A stretch of 64,000 nucleotides of DNA from Sedimentisphaerales bacterium (GCA_016928435.1 JAFGKT010000075.1:3358-67357), one strand, 5' to 3'. Numbered from the stretch's first letter, positions 10,944-21,278 are shown. Notes: a model not told the origin generated them from the sequence alone. A program made the numbers and translations.

Positions 10944-11264
10944 CTAGTTGCGTTCAATAACACCGCCATCAGCGGCAACGCGACTTTTCTTTCCTTGAGC
11001 ATCAACTTCAAAATGCACCCGTCGGCCCTTATTACTCTTAGGACTGACAGGCAACACATTACTAATATCGATAGGGCGTTCGACATGGAGCCGACCGCCT
11101 TGCGGATTACGGCGCGAAGGTCTCACGTGTTTGTACACAAGATTAACGCCTTCGACGACAACTTTGCCTTTGACAGGATCGACGGTTAGTACTTTGGCCT
11201 GCGTACCGCGATCATCACCGGCAATAATTTCCACCATGTCACCAGCTTTAACTTTAGCAGCCAT
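10944..11264 (-). CDS. rplX: 50S ribosomal protein L24
   Basis: KOW motif GDMVEIIAGDDRG, VEGVN. Confidence 0.96.
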   Translation of the reverse strand: MAAKVKAGDMVEIIAGDDRGTQAKVLTVDPVKGKVVVEGVNLVYKHVRPSRRNPQGGRLHVERPIDISNVLPVSPKSNKGRRVHFEVDAQGKKSRVAADGGVIERN

Positions 11265-11650
11265 CAAACCACCTCCGAAGCCAGCGAGATAATTTTCATA
11301 AAATTCTTCTCACGCAGCTCACGCGCCACGGCCCCAAAGATACGGGTGCCGATGGGGTTATTGTTATCATCGATCAAGACACCCGCGTTGCGATCAAAGC
11401 GGACATAGCTGCCATCGGGGCGTCTGGTAGGGCTGGCGGTGCGAATAATAACGCAACGATGGGTTTTCTTATCATCCAGACTAAGTGTAGGCAGCGACTT
11501 TTTTATGGCGACTCTGATGATATCGCCGACGCCGGCACACCGTCGGGTATATTGACCGCGAGCAGTACTGCCGCCCAGCACCCGCACGCACAAAGCTGTT
11601 TTGGCGCCGGAGTTATCGGCAATGTCAATTACGGTTTCTTGTTGAATCAT
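11264..11650 (-). CDS. rplN: 50S ribosomal protein L14
   Basis: [20 protein letters not shown]. Confidence 0.98.
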   Translation of the reverse strand: MIQQETVIDIADNSGAKTALCVRVLGGSTARGQYTRRCAGVGDIIRVAIKKSLPTLSLDDKKTHRCVIIRTASPTRRPDGSYVRFDRNAGVLIDDNNNPIGTRIFGAVARELREKNFMKIISLASEVV

Positions 11651-11727
11651 GTTTTAGTAACCTCGTTCGGAGCTGTCGGCCATGTTGGGCACGATTTCAG
11701 CCTTTCACTAAACGCTCACAGAGCAAA

Positions 11728-12000
11728 CTACTCTTTGGCAGTTTCGACAACTTCCACCAGTCGCCAATTTTTGGACTTACTATACGGACGACACTCACAG
11801 ATCGAGACAGTATCACCCACGTTGGCAAGGTTTTTTTCATCATGCACGTGAGCGGTCGTCGTGCGTTTCATTATCTTACCATATTTAGGATGCTTGACCT
11901 GATATCGTAAAGTAACACGTATGGTCTTGTCACCCGACTTAGCGGCAACGACACCTCTAAACGTGGTCGGCGGTTTTCTGCCTTCTTTGGTCATTGTCAA
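11728..12000 (-). CDS. rpsQ: 30S ribosomal protein S17
   Basis: HPKYGK, HDEKN, ECRPYSKSK. Confidence 0.97.
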   Translation of the reverse strand: MTMTKEGRKPPTTFRGVVAAKSGDKTIRVTLRYQVKHPKYGKIMKRTTTAHVHDEKNLANVGDTVSICECRPYSKSKNWRLVEVVETAKE

Positions 12001-12042
12001 ATTACCTTGAAAAAACTATTACAATTGGAAATCGCGAACACA

Positions 12043-12255
12043 TTACGCTTGCGAAGCTTGTTGGGCCTCAATCTGACGTTCTCTGATAACGGTCTTAATA
12101 CGAGCAATGTCGCGTTTGATTTTCTTCAACATGGTTGCATCTTCGAGCTTTTCGGTCACAGCTTGGGTACGCACATCGAACAACCGGCGTTCCAGGGTTT
12201 CCAACTCGCCTTCGAGCTCATCAGGATTCATTTCTCTAATTTCAGCAGCTTTCAT
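12043..12255 (-). CDS. rpmC: 50S ribosomal protein L29
   Basis: MKAAEIREM...IKRDIARIKT; start trimmed relative to the ORF track. Confidence 0.95.
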   Translation of the reverse strand: MKAAEIREMNPDELEGELETLERRLFDVRTQAVTEKLEDATMLKKIKRDIARIKTVIRERQIEAQQASQA

Positions 12256-12283
12256 GAACAACTCCAACGGAGCAAAAAAAGGG

Positions 12284-12700
12284 CTAAGCATGATGCCGAG
12301 TAACGAATCGGCACCGAACAGGCATTTTATGAGCAACGCGCGCCAAAGCCTGACGCGCGACATCTTCGGCGACTCCACCGATTTCATACAGCACGGTTCC
12401 AGGTCTTACGCGAGCGGCCCAATGGTCCGGTTCACCTTTACCCTTACCCATACGAGTTTCGAGCGGTTTGGCTGACACCGACCGATGCGGGAATACGCGT
12501 ACATAAACTTTACCTTCACGGTGAAGGAAGTGAGTAGCGGCTACACGACCGGCTTCAAGTTGGCGACCGGTAATAAACGCAGGGCCGAGCACTTGTAAGC
12601 CAAAATCACCAAAAGCGACATAATTACCACGGCAGGCATTGCCGCGAATTTTACCGCGTTGATACTTACGCCATTTTACACGTTTTGGCATTAACGCCAT
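12284..12700 (-). CDS. rplP: 50S ribosomal protein L16
   Basis: LMPKRVKWRK, ETRMGKGKG. Confidence 0.98.
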   Translation of the reverse strand: MALMPKRVKWRKYQRGKIRGNACRGNYVAFGDFGLQVLGPAFITGRQLEAGRVAATHFLHREGKVYVRVFPHRSVSAKPLETRMGKGKGEPDHWAARVRPGTVLYEIGGVAEDVARQALARVAHKMPVRCRFVTRHHA

Positions 12701-12732
12701 TGCTTATCTTCCTTTCCAGTCAAGCGACGCTG

Positions 12733-13425
12733 CTATTGCCTTCTGCCCCTGCCGCGATTAGGCTGTACAGGATTGGGTTCCGGTTCAAAACCAAACATAC
12801 CTCTGTATATCCACACTTTGATACCGATGGCACCATAAGTCGTAACCGAAACAGCCAAGCCATAATCAACATTGGCTTGCAGCGTCTGCAGAGGAATCGA
12901 GCCAAGAATCTGGGTTTCTCGACGAGCCAATTCAGCTCCGCCAAGTCTGCCACCACAAATAATCTTCACACCCAACGCGCCGGCAGCCATAGTATTTTCG
13001 CAATGCTGTTTCATCAAACGTCTAAACGCACCACGACGCTTAAGCTGCTCGGAGATAGACTCAGCGACAAGCTGGGCATCCAGATCAGGATGCTTCACTT
13101 CCATAACATTAACATTAACGCGACGATCGATAAGGTCTTCAAGTTCTTCTCGCAGACGGTCGATTTCGGCGCCTTTGGGGCCGATCACCAAACCAGGACG
13201 TGCGGTATGCAACGTTACTTTAACATCATCACGAGTTCGTTCGATTTCGGTCTTGGCAATCGCAGCATATGGCGGCTTACGATTGAGACGGTCATCTACA
13301 AACGCACGAATCTTCTGGTCTTCCACAAGAAACTCGCCGAATGCTGCCTTTGGGGCAAACCAGCGACTTTTCCAACCTAATGTAATGCCGGTTCTAAAAC
13401 CGATCGGTGATACCTTTTGGCCCAT
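12733..13425 (-). CDS. rpsC: 30S ribosomal protein S3
   Basis: MGQKVSPIGFR, RPGLVIG, GRLGGAELAR. Confidence 0.98.
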   Translation of the reverse strand: MGQKVSPIGFRTGITLGWKSRWFAPKAAFGEFLVEDQKIRAFVDDRLNRKPPYAAIAKTEIERTRDDVKVTLHTARPGLVIGPKGAEIDRLREELEDLIDRRVNVNVMEVKHPDLDAQLVAESISEQLKRRGAFRRLMKQHCENTMAAGALGVKIICGGRLGGAELARRETQILGSIPLQTLQANVDYGLAVSVTTYGAIGIKVWIYRGMFGFEPEPNPVQPNRGRGRRQ

Positions 13426-13464
13426 TACAAATCCTCAAATCAGTGTTCTGAATGGCCTATAAAT

Positions 13465-14013
13465 TTAGTCTTGATCGACGCTCACATGAATATGGCTAGC
13501 CAACCGGGTAAACGACACGGCACGGCCTCGATCTTTTGGACGCCAACGACGAGTACCCTGACGAATACCGCCTTCATCAACTCTAGCTTCGGAAACATAG
13601 AGGCGTTCAACATCAGCCTCTTGTTCATCAGCGTTAGCGATAGCGCTACGCAATACTTTATCTATCATAACCGCGGCTCGCTTGTTAGCGAACTTGAGTA
13701 CATCCAAGGCATCCTGTACGTTACGATCCCGAATGAGATCGGCAACTAAACGCACTTTGCGGGGCGCCATTGGAGCATAATAATGGGAAGCGCGCCAAAC
13801 GATTAAGTCTTGATGAGTCACGTTGAGGGCACGGGCTATACGGTCGATATCAGAGCGTTTGGGTTTAGGAGAGAGAAGTCCTCTTTCCCAATTGCCAATA
13901 GCGGTTTTCATATCGGCGGCGGAGCGGCCTCTTTCGGCGACTGCCTCAGCCAATTGGCCCACGGACATCCCGGCGGCTTCACGGCTTTTTTTCAATTTAC
14001 TTGCACTTAGCAT
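13465..14013 (-). CDS. rplV: 50S ribosomal protein L22 fused to an N-terminal XRE-like HTH domain
   Basis: Residues from ~72: PRKVRLVADLIR, KVLRSAIANA, RGRA...SHIHV (uL22). Residues 1-70: LKKSREAAGMSVGQLAEAV...IGNWERG...IARALNV (XRE pattern). Lies between rpsS and rpsC. Confidence 0.95.
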   Translation of the reverse strand: MLSASKLKKSREAAGMSVGQLAEAVAERGRSAADMKTAIGNWERGLLSPKPKRSDIDRIARALNVTHQDLIVWRASHYYAPMAPRKVRLVADLIRDRNVQDALDVLKFANKRAAVMIDKVLRSAIANADEQEADVERLYVSEARVDEGGIRQGTRRWRPKDRGRAVSFTRLASHIHVSVDQD

Positions 14014-14066
14014 AATACTCGTATCCTACAAATCAGACAGCTCAATCGCTTAATCTGCTATCAAGC

Positions 14067-14336
14067 TTATTTCTTCTTAGAACCAGCGTGACCTCGGAAA
14101 GTTCGCGTTGGAGAAAACTCGCCCAGTTTATGGCCGACCATTTCTTCAGTGACATAGACTTTGTTGAAGATTTTGCCGTTATGCACCATAAACGTAAAGC
14201 CGACAAATTCCGGAACGATAGTGCAACGACGAGCCCAGGTTTTCATAGGCTCATGGCCGCCGGATTCCTGTTGCTTCACGACCTTACGAAACAATTTCTC
14301 GTCAACGAAAGGTCCTTTCTTAAGCGATCGACCCAT
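14067..14336 (-). CDS. rpsS: 30S ribosomal protein S19
   Basis: [23 protein letters not shown]. Confidence 0.98.
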   Translation of the reverse strand: MGRSLKKGPFVDEKLFRKVVKQQESGGHEPMKTWARRCTIVPEFVGFTFMVHNGKIFNKVYVTEEMVGHKLGEFSPTRTFRGHAGSKKK

Positions 14337-14429
14337 ACTAACATCCTTATCAAGCTTTAGCGTACTTACCGATATTCGGTAACATTTAGTTTATCTTTAG
14401 CGGCCGGCCAATTTAACAGCCGAAACCTG

Positions 14430-15269
14430 TTAACCATTAGCTTTGTTTTTTCGCCGCCTTACGATTCGTTTATTGGAGGCCTTACGCGGATTGCGTGTTT
14501 TGCCGCCCTTAGCCAACAAACCGGTGGGCGAACACGGATGACGACCACCATTGGAACGTCCTTCGCCACCACCCATTGGGTGAGCGACCGGGTTCATAGC
14601 TTTGCCGCGTACATGGGGACGACGTCCCAAATGGCGTTTACGGCCAGCCTTGCCAATTCGGATATGCTGATGATCAGCATTACCAACCTGGCCGATGGTA
14701 GCACGGCAATTCAACGACAGCAATCGCATTTCGCCGGACGGCATCAGCAGTTGAGCCCACTGACCTTCCTTAGCCACCAAACGAGCGGACGACCCGGCAC
14801 TGCGGACGATTTTGCCACCTTGGCCCGGATTCATTTCGATATTGTGCAGTTCCAGCCCAGCGGGTATTGTCGCCAAGGGCATGCAATTACCGACTTTCGG
14901 CTCGACCTGCTGACCACTTTCGACGGTATCACCTACACCCAAGCCAGCCGGGGCGAGAATATAACGTTTTTCGCCATCGGCATATTCCAACAAAGCGATA
15001 TTGCAGGTACGGTTGGGATCGTATTCAATAGCGATGACATTAGCGGCCACACCATCTTTTGTGCGTTTGAAATCAATAATACGATATATGCGTCGGGCAC
15101 CGCCGCCACGAAAACGAGTGGTGGTTTTACCGCTGTGATTGCGGCCGCCGGACTTTTTGATCCTTTTAACCAGGGTCTTTTCCGGCCGATTCTTCGTTAT
15201 CTCCGCAAAATCGCTGACGCTGCTGTTGCGACGTCCGGCACTTGTTGGTCTGTAAATACGAATACCCAT
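14430..15269 (-). CDS. rplB: 50S ribosomal protein L2
   Basis: [28 protein letters not shown]. Confidence 0.98.
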   Translation of the reverse strand: MGIRIYRPTSAGRRNSSVSDFAEITKNRPEKTLVKRIKKSGGRNHSGKTTTRFRGGGARRIYRIIDFKRTKDGVAANVIAIEYDPNRTCNIALLEYADGEKRYILAPAGLGVGDTVESGQQVEPKVGNCMPLATIPAGLELHNIEMNPGQGGKIVRSAGSSARLVAKEGQWAQLLMPSGEMRLLSLNCRATIGQVGNADHQHIRIGKAGRKRHLGRRPHVRGKAMNPVAHPMGGGEGRSNGGRHPCSPTGLLAKGGKTRNPRKASNKRIVRRRKNKANG

Positions 15270-15325
15270 AGTTATGTATCTTTCTCTATTGCACTATTAC
15301 TTGGCGAAGGCTGCGATGGTAGCGC

Positions 15326-15604
15326 CTAGAACAAGTCAATATGATGATCCTCATGGAGTACAACAACGGCTTTTTTCCAGGAAGCGGTAAGGCCTTGAGT
15401 ACGACCGCGACGGCGCGGTTTGCCTTTGCGATTAGCCGTTCGCACATCAAGAACTTTGACATTGTAGATGTCTTCCACAGCCTGCTTGATCTCTATCTTA
15501 TTAGCCTGCCGATGTACTTGAAAAGGATACGCCCGGAGCGATTGGCCCTGATGAGTGCCTTTCTCGGTAATCAGCGGTCGAATGATAACTTGATATTTAT
15601 CCAC
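15326..15604 (-). CDS. rplW: 50S ribosomal protein L23
   Basis: RPLITEK, ANKIEIKQAVE, WKKAVV. Confidence 0.97.
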   Translation of the reverse strand: MDKYQVIIRPLITEKGTHQGQSLRAYPFQVHRQANKIEIKQAVEDIYNVKVLDVRTANRKGKPRRRGRTQGLTASWKKAVVVLHEDHHIDLF

Positions 15605-15742
15605 AATACTTTTCCTTAGCTAGTACTGCGTACGGCTAAAATTGCCGGGTACACAATGGGTGTAACTATCTGCAATGGCGGGCTTTGCCCGCGGCAGGCA
15701 CCCAACATTATTTCATTTACGGAACACTAGCAGCCTAGGCAA

Positions 15743-16384
15743 CTAAGCGTTCTTCGGGGCCCCACTGGCCGAGGCCAACACTGCATCCAATGCCTCACGG
15801 GTGAAGACGATTTTTCGCCGACGACAAATATCACCGGCATTCAACTGAGCGACGGTAAGAGCGTCAACATTAGGAATATTCCGAAGCGATTTATAAACGT
15901 TCTCATCATTGCCGCCCAGAGCAACCAAGCAACTGCGATCAATCTTGAGATTACGCAGAATCGCGGCAAAATCCTTGGTCTTAGGCGTATCGAACTTAAA
16001 CTCGTTGATCACAACGGCGTCATCGCTTTTCAACTTAGCCAAGATGGCAGAGTCACGTGCCAAGCGGCGTTGTTTTTTGGGCATGTCTTTGCTGAAATCG
16101 CGATTGCGTTTGGCAAAAGCCACGCCGCCCCCGGTCCGCACTACGGTACGTGCCGATCCCACACGAGCCCGGCCTGTACCTTTTTGGCGATACAGCTTGG
16201 TAGTCGAACCGGCCACCATGCCGCGACTCTTAGTACCAACTGTTCCTTGACGCTTATTGGCGTGATACATCACGATGGCTTGTTTGAGCAGCGGCAGACG
16301 AACCCGCAAGCCCAAAACCGCTTCATCGATCTGAATGCGATCGACTTCTTTGCCTTGTTTGTCATAAACTGGTATATCAATCAT
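15743..16384 (-). CDS. rplD: 50S ribosomal protein L4
   Basis: RQKGTGRARVGS, GGGVAF. Confidence 0.97.
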   Translation of the reverse strand: MIDIPVYDKQGKEVDRIQIDEAVLGLRVRLPLLKQAIVMYHANKRQGTVGTKSRGMVAGSTTKLYRQKGTGRARVGSARTVVRTGGGVAFAKRNRDFSKDMPKKQRRLARDSAILAKLKSDDAVVINEFKFDTPKTKDFAAILRNLKIDRSCLVALGGNDENVYKSLRNIPNVDALTVAQLNAGDICRRRKIVFTREALDAVLASASGAPKNA

Positions 16385-16433
16385 TGTGCTACACCCTTTA
16401 TTGGGCCATTTGTTAAATATGCTTCAAGCGTTT

Positions 16434-17075
16434 TTAGCTTTTGGTTCTAGCTGAGGAAATCACCACATAACCGTTTCTGGGCCCGGGCACCGCCCCGGCA
16501 ACCAAAAGCAGATTGTTTTCGGTATCGACTTCCACCAAATCCAGGTTTCGTGAAGTACAACGGACGCAACCCAGATGCCCGGCCATTTTCTTACCCTTCT
16601 TGATACTTCGACCATCGGCACCAGGAGCTACCGAAATCGAACCAGGGCTACGGTGTTTACGTTCGACACCATGACTGGCAAGCTGGCCTTTGAAACCATG
16701 ACGTTTTACAACACCGGCATAGCCTTTACCTTTGCTGGTACCGACCACATCGACATATTTGACATCTGCGAAGCTCTCAACGGTCAACTTCTGGCCGGGG
16801 GCGTATTGATCGGAATCCTCGGACAGTCTCATTTCGCGAACAAAACGTTTGGGCTTGGCCTCGGCAGCTTTGCAGTGTCCGATAGCCGGTTTCTGCTGCC
16901 GTGATTTTTTGACATCATCATAGCCCATTTGCACAGCGGCGTAGCCATCGGTTTCGACGGTCTTTACCTGCAATACAGCACACGGACCAGCCTGAATAAC
17001 AGTTACCGGAACAATCGTACCGTTGTCATCATAGACACGGGTCATTCCAACTTTTTTGCCTAGGAGCATCGTCAT
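16434..17075 (-). CDS. rplC: 50S ribosomal protein L3
   Basis: GKKVGMT, SKGKGYAGVVKRHGF, GAVPG. Confidence 0.98.
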   Translation of the reverse strand: MTMLLGKKVGMTRVYDDNGTIVPVTVIQAGPCAVLQVKTVETDGYAAVQMGYDDVKKSRQQKPAIGHCKAAEAKPKRFVREMRLSEDSDQYAPGQKLTVESFADVKYVDVVGTSKGKGYAGVVKRHGFKGQLASHGVERKHRSPGSISVAPGADGRSIKKGKKMAGHLGCVRCTSRNLDLVEVDTENNLLLVAGAVPGPRNGYVVISSARTKS

Positions 17076-17120
17076 TTTCGATTACTCGCTCTCAATTAGG
17101 TTTATGAATTATCCAATCAC

Positions 17121-17152
17121 AAAAAAACGTGCCGCCTTTATGAGGGCACGTT
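17121..17152 (-). terminator. Intrinsic-terminator-like hairpin between rpsJ and rplC
   Basis: Minus strand reads AACGTGCC-CTCATAAAGGC-GGCACG followed by T7. Confidence 0.6.
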
Positions 17153-17165
17153 CTATTTGCATTAA

Positions 17166-17474
17166 TCAAACACGTATTTTCACGAAAACACCGGCCGGGA
17201 CCACCAAGCGATTAAGCGCTTCGACGGTGCGCGGGTTGGCTTCGTAAATATCGATCAGCCGTTTATGCGTGCGCATTTCGAACTGCTCGCGAGACTTCTT
17301 GTCAATGTGCGGCGAGCGCAACACAGTATAGCGCTCAACACGAGTAGGCAGAGGGATTGGGCCACTAACTCTGGCGTTAGTACGACGCGCCTGCTCCACA
17401 ATCTCTTTGGCCGAGGCGTCCAGAGACCCGTGGTCATAGGCTTCCATTCTGATACGGATACGTTCAGCGTCCAC
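17166..17474 (-). CDS. rpsJ: 30S ribosomal protein S10 (NusE)
   Basis: [34 protein letters not shown]; GTG start after GGAG. Confidence 0.98.
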   Translation of the reverse strand: MDAERIRIRMEAYDHGSLDASAKEIVEQARRTNARVSGPIPLPTRVERYTVLRSPHIDKKSREQFEMRTHKRLIDIYEANPRTVEALNRLVVPAGVFVKIRV

Positions 17475-17598
17475 GCAACTACTCCCAAGATTTTTTTCAA
17501 GCCTAAGTGCCAGGTAGCCCAAAATCGAGCAAAACAGCCAACCCAACGGCGATATCAGTACTAAACGTCAGTAATTAGACGATTTATAAAGACCCGTA

Positions 17599-17626
17599 AG
17601 TTTAACAGCTAAACCTACGGCGTCAA
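17599..17626 (-). promoter_or_regulatory. Putative sigma70 promoter of the S10 operon
   Basis: TTGACG-16 nt-TAAACT with extended TG. Confidence 0.5.
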
Positions 17627-17898
17627 CCAAAAAAAGCGATAAAAAGCAGTCCAAAATGATCTTCACGGGCTTTTTTGAGATTCAAGCCTGCCCAATGTTG
17701 TTACCGAGGCCTTGAAATAGACCTGGTAATTATCCGAGATCTAGCGGCGAGGTGGCCGATTTAGGGCCTGCCGCCACGACTGTCGGTCCATCCTTGGACT
17801 GTAAATAGAGAAGAAATCAACTTGCACTATCGCAGTAACATCCTGTTTCTGCTCGCTTTGGTCGAAGAGTAAGAATTTAGCAGAGGATTAAAAATCTG

Positions 17899-19977
17899 TC
17901 AATAGGCAGTTTCTAAAACTTTCTGTAAAACTTGTTCCGGCATGGGAGCATAATCATACGGCTCCATGGTATAGCTGCCCCGTCCCTGGGTCGAGCTTCT
18001 CAGATCGGAGGCATATCCGAACATTTCAGCCAGGGGTACGGTGGCGTCGATGACTCTCACCGGACCACGTTGGGCGGTCTTGGTTATAATGGCCCGTTTG
18101 CGGGAGAGATCACCCTGGACAACACCGTAAAACTGTTCTGGCGTAAGGACTTGCAGCTTCATGATAGGCTCGAGCAGAGTTGGGCCCGCCTTTTGGGAAG
18201 CATCTTGAAAGGCTATGGAACCGGCCTGTTGGAAGGCGATTTCCGAGGAATCGACAGGGTGAAAAGAGCCGTCGATGATAGCGATTTTTAGATCTGTTAC
18301 GGGGTAGCCTGCCAGGGAACCGCTGGTAGCGGCATCACGAATACCAGTGATGGCGGAAGGAATAAATTCTTTTGGAATTACTCCCCCTACTGTCTGATCT
18401 TCGACAATAATTGCTTCTTCATCGGGTCCGGGCCTATGATGCTCGACCTTAATCACCACATGTCCGTATTGGCCTCGCCCGCCGGTCTGATGGATAAATT
18501 TGCCCTCGCCTTGAGCGGATTTGGTGAGCGTCTCCTTATAAGCCACCCTTGGACGTCCGATAAGCACATCGACTTTCATATCTCGGGTTATCTTATGTTG
18601 GAGGATTTCGAGGTGCAGCTCACCCATACCGCTGATGATGGTTTGGCCGGTAGCTTCGTTATACTTGGCCCTAAAAGTGGGATCTTCGCGTTTGAGGACA
18701 TCCAGTGCTTCAGCGAGTTTGGTCCGTTCACCGGCGGTCCTAGGCTCAATCGACAAACTCATGACCGGCTCGGGGAACTCAATAGCGTCGAGAACCACCG
18801 GTTTTTTGGGTAAACTGAGTGTGTCGCCGGTAAGTATCTGCTTTAGTCCTACCAAAGCGACAATATCCCCAGCCTGGGCTTGTTCACGAATAGTACGTGA
18901 CGCAGCGTGCATCTGGAATATTTTCTGGACGTTTTCTTTGCGATCCTGAGTGGCATTTAGAACACGCGACCCGGCTTTTAGGGTACCGGAATAGATACGC
19001 ACAAAGGTAAGATCACCATGTTGATCGGAGGCGATTTTGAAAGCGTAAGCTACCAACGGAGCGCCGGGGTCGCAGGGACAATCGATCTTATGTTGGGTTT
19101 GGCCGGGCGCGTGCCCTTGAACTATAGGGCGATCAAGCGGACTGGGCAGGTAATTCACTATCGCGTCCAAGAGCTTACGGGATCCAATAGACCGCAAAGC
19201 GGCACCACAGAACACAGGATGCACTTGGCCGGCCAATGTGCCTTTACGCAGACTCTGGATGATTTCATCTTTGGTGAGAGGCTGATCCTCAAGATACTTC
19301 TCCATGAGCGCATCGTCGAATTCAGCGGCTTTTTCGAGAATATCATGATGGGCTAACTCAGCGGCATCCTGCAGATCAGCGGGAATTTCCTGTTCGGTCA
19401 TTACCGCGGCGACTTTATCTTGCTCAAAATAACAGGCTTTCATGTCGAGCAGATCGACAAAACCTTGGAAGTCTTCCTGTTGACCGATGGGAATCTGCAT
19501 CTTGAGAGGCTTGGCGAGCAGTTTTTCACGTAAGCTTTGCACAGCCATGTCAAAATCGGCGCCTATTTTGTCCATCTTATTGATGAAACAAATACAAGGC
19601 ACACCATATTTTTGCGCTTGATGCCAAACGGTCTCAGATTGAGCCTGTACGCCTTCGCTGGCATCAAACACAGCAACGGCGCCATCCAGTACCCGCAGCG
19701 ATCGTTCGACTTCAACGGTGAAATCGACATGGCCGGGGGTATCGATAAGATTAATGGTGTGTTTTTTCCAAGGGCAGGTGGTAGCAGCGGACGTGATGGT
19801 AATGCCGCGTTCCTGCTCCTCGGCAAGGTAGTCCATAACCGCGGTGCCGTCGTGGACTTCGCCGATTTTGTGGGTTCGGCCCGTGAAATAGAGAATTCGC
19901 TCGGTGACGGTGGTCTTGCCGGCATCAATATGGGCCATGATACCAATGTTACGGATTTTCGATAGTTCCGATGCCAT
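17899..19977 (-). CDS. fusA: Elongation factor G
   Basis: AHIDAGKTT, RGITI, DTPGHVDF, NKMD, GMGELHL. Confidence 0.97.
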   Translation of the reverse strand: MASELSKIRNIGIMAHIDAGKTTVTERILYFTGRTHKIGEVHDGTAVMDYLAEEQERGITITSAATTCPWKKHTINLIDTPGHVDFTVEVERSLRVLDGAVAVFDASEGVQAQSETVWHQAQKYGVPCICFINKMDKIGADFDMAVQSLREKLLAKPLKMQIPIGQQEDFQGFVDLLDMKACYFEQDKVAAVMTEQEIPADLQDAAELAHHDILEKAAEFDDALMEKYLEDQPLTKDEIIQSLRKGTLAGQVHPVFCGAALRSIGSRKLLDAIVNYLPSPLDRPIVQGHAPGQTQHKIDCPCDPGAPLVAYAFKIASDQHGDLTFVRIYSGTLKAGSRVLNATQDRKENVQKIFQMHAASRTIREQAQAGDIVALVGLKQILTGDTLSLPKKPVVLDAIEFPEPVMSLSIEPRTAGERTKLAEALDVLKREDPTFRAKYNEATGQTIISGMGELHLEILQHKITRDMKVDVLIGRPRVAYKETLTKSAQGEGKFIHQTGGRGQYGHVVIKVEHHRPGPDEEAIIVEDQTVGGVIPKEFIPSAITGIRDAATSGSLAGYPVTDLKIAIIDGSFHPVDSSEIAFQQAGSIAFQDASQKAGPTLLEPIMKLQVLTPEQFYGVVQGDLSRKRAIITKTAQRGPVRVIDATVPLAEMFGYASDLRSSTQGRGSYTMEPYDYAPMPEQVLQKVLETAY

Positions 19978-20076
19978 ATTAGTCACCTATCGCGGTTAAT
20001 CAAAGCAAAGCATGAATTCTCTAAGCGAACAGCAAAACACAATACAAAACAAACGTCGAACAACCGAGTCTATTTA

Positions 20077-20119
20077 AGAAAACTGCCACAGCCGGGGCTT
20101 TATCCCGATCGTGGCAGTT
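20077..20119 (-). terminator. Hairpin with short U-tract between rpsG and fusA
   Basis: AACTGCCAC...GTGGCAGTT stem; the minus strand continues TTCTT. Confidence 0.45.
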
Positions 20120-20141
20120 GACGGATCTGATAAAATGTTTG

Positions 20142-20615
20142 CTACCAAGCGAAATGCGAAAAGGCTTTGTTAGCTTCGGCCATGCGGTGAACGTTTTCGC
20201 GCGTAGTCATAGCGGTGCCTTCCTTGCGGTAAGCAGCCAGCAGTTCATCGGCGAGCTTAACGCTCATGGGGCGACCCTTTTTGCCTCGGGTCGCAGCCAA
20301 AAGCCAACGAAACGCCAATGCCTGCTGACGCGAAGGCTTGACCTGCATCGGAACTTGGTAGGTTGAACCACCAACACGTTTGCTACGCACTTCAATGAGA
20401 GGCTTGAGATTGTTGATAGCGGTCTCGAAAACTTCCAGGGGCGGAGTATCCGCGACCTTTTTCTGCATAATGTCCATAGCATCGTAGATAATCTGCTGCG
20501 CTACGGTTTTTTTGCCATCCCACATCAAGTTATTGACAAACTTGGAGACAAGTTTGCTCTTGTACTTGGGATCCGGTTTCCATTGTTTGGCTGATGCCGT
20601 AAATTTTTTAGGCAC
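20142..20615 (-). CDS. rpsG: 30S ribosomal protein S7
   Basis: [23 protein letters not shown]. Confidence 0.98.
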   Translation of the reverse strand: MPKKFTASAKQWKPDPKYKSKLVSKFVNNLMWDGKKTVAQQIIYDAMDIMQKKVADTPPLEVFETAINNLKPLIEVRSKRVGGSTYQVPMQVKPSRQQALAFRWLLAATRGKKGRPMSVKLADELLAAYRKEGTAMTTRENVHRMAEANKAFSHFAW

Positions 20616-20906
20616 TAGATGTAACCTCCGAATATCTCTGTTATTTTGAGTTTCTTATATTTTAGTTTTCTCGAAATTAGTCCAGCGTCACCAAAGCGAC
20701 TTTAGCAGCCATCAGGCTACAAGAAATATATCAAAATCCGTTTCCCAAATCCTTAAAGGCTTTTGGCTTTGGGTTCCGGTTAGTTTGCAACATGGGAGAA
20801 CAGCCAAGGTTCTGCAACCATATAAGCCATTGCGTTGACCACAAAACATTGCAAGGCAGGCACTTACACCACTGCGCATAAGAGTCCGGCCGCTGCAATT
20901 GTCAGC

Positions 20907-21278
20907 TTACTTGCCCTTCTTGGCGCCGTATTTACTGCGGCCTTGGCGACGATTGCTCACGCCGAGGGTATCCAACACACCACGAACAATGTGATATCTC
21001 ACACCGGGCAAGTCGCGTACACGTCCGCCTCGAACCAGCACAATGCTGTGTTCCTGGAGGTTGTGGTCTATGCCGGGGATATAAGCGGTGACTTCCTTGC
21101 CATTGCTTAGTCGCACACGAGCGACTTTCCGCAACGCGGAGTTAGGCTTTTTCGGCGTTTGAGTTCTCACCTGCAGGCAGACGCCCTGGCGTTGCGGGCA
21201 ATTCTTGAGGTCGGGCGTACGATTCTTTCTACGTACGGACTTGCGACCGTTTCGGACTAGCTGATTAATAGTCGGCAT
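20907..21278 (-). CDS. rpsL: 30S ribosomal protein S12
   Basis: [31 protein letters not shown]. Confidence 0.99.
   Translation of the reverse strand: MPTINQLVRNGRKSVRRKNRTPDLKNCPQRQGVCLQVRTQTPKKPNSALRKVARVRLSNGKEVTAYIPGIDHNLQEHSIVLVRGGRVRDLPGVRYHIVRGVLDTLGVSNRRQGRSKYGAKKGK

Noticed and set aside
15597-15605. Perfect DnaA box TTATCCACA
   Set aside because: Single copy, explained by the rplW start codons (t-GTG-GAT-AA); no box cluster or unwinding element nearby
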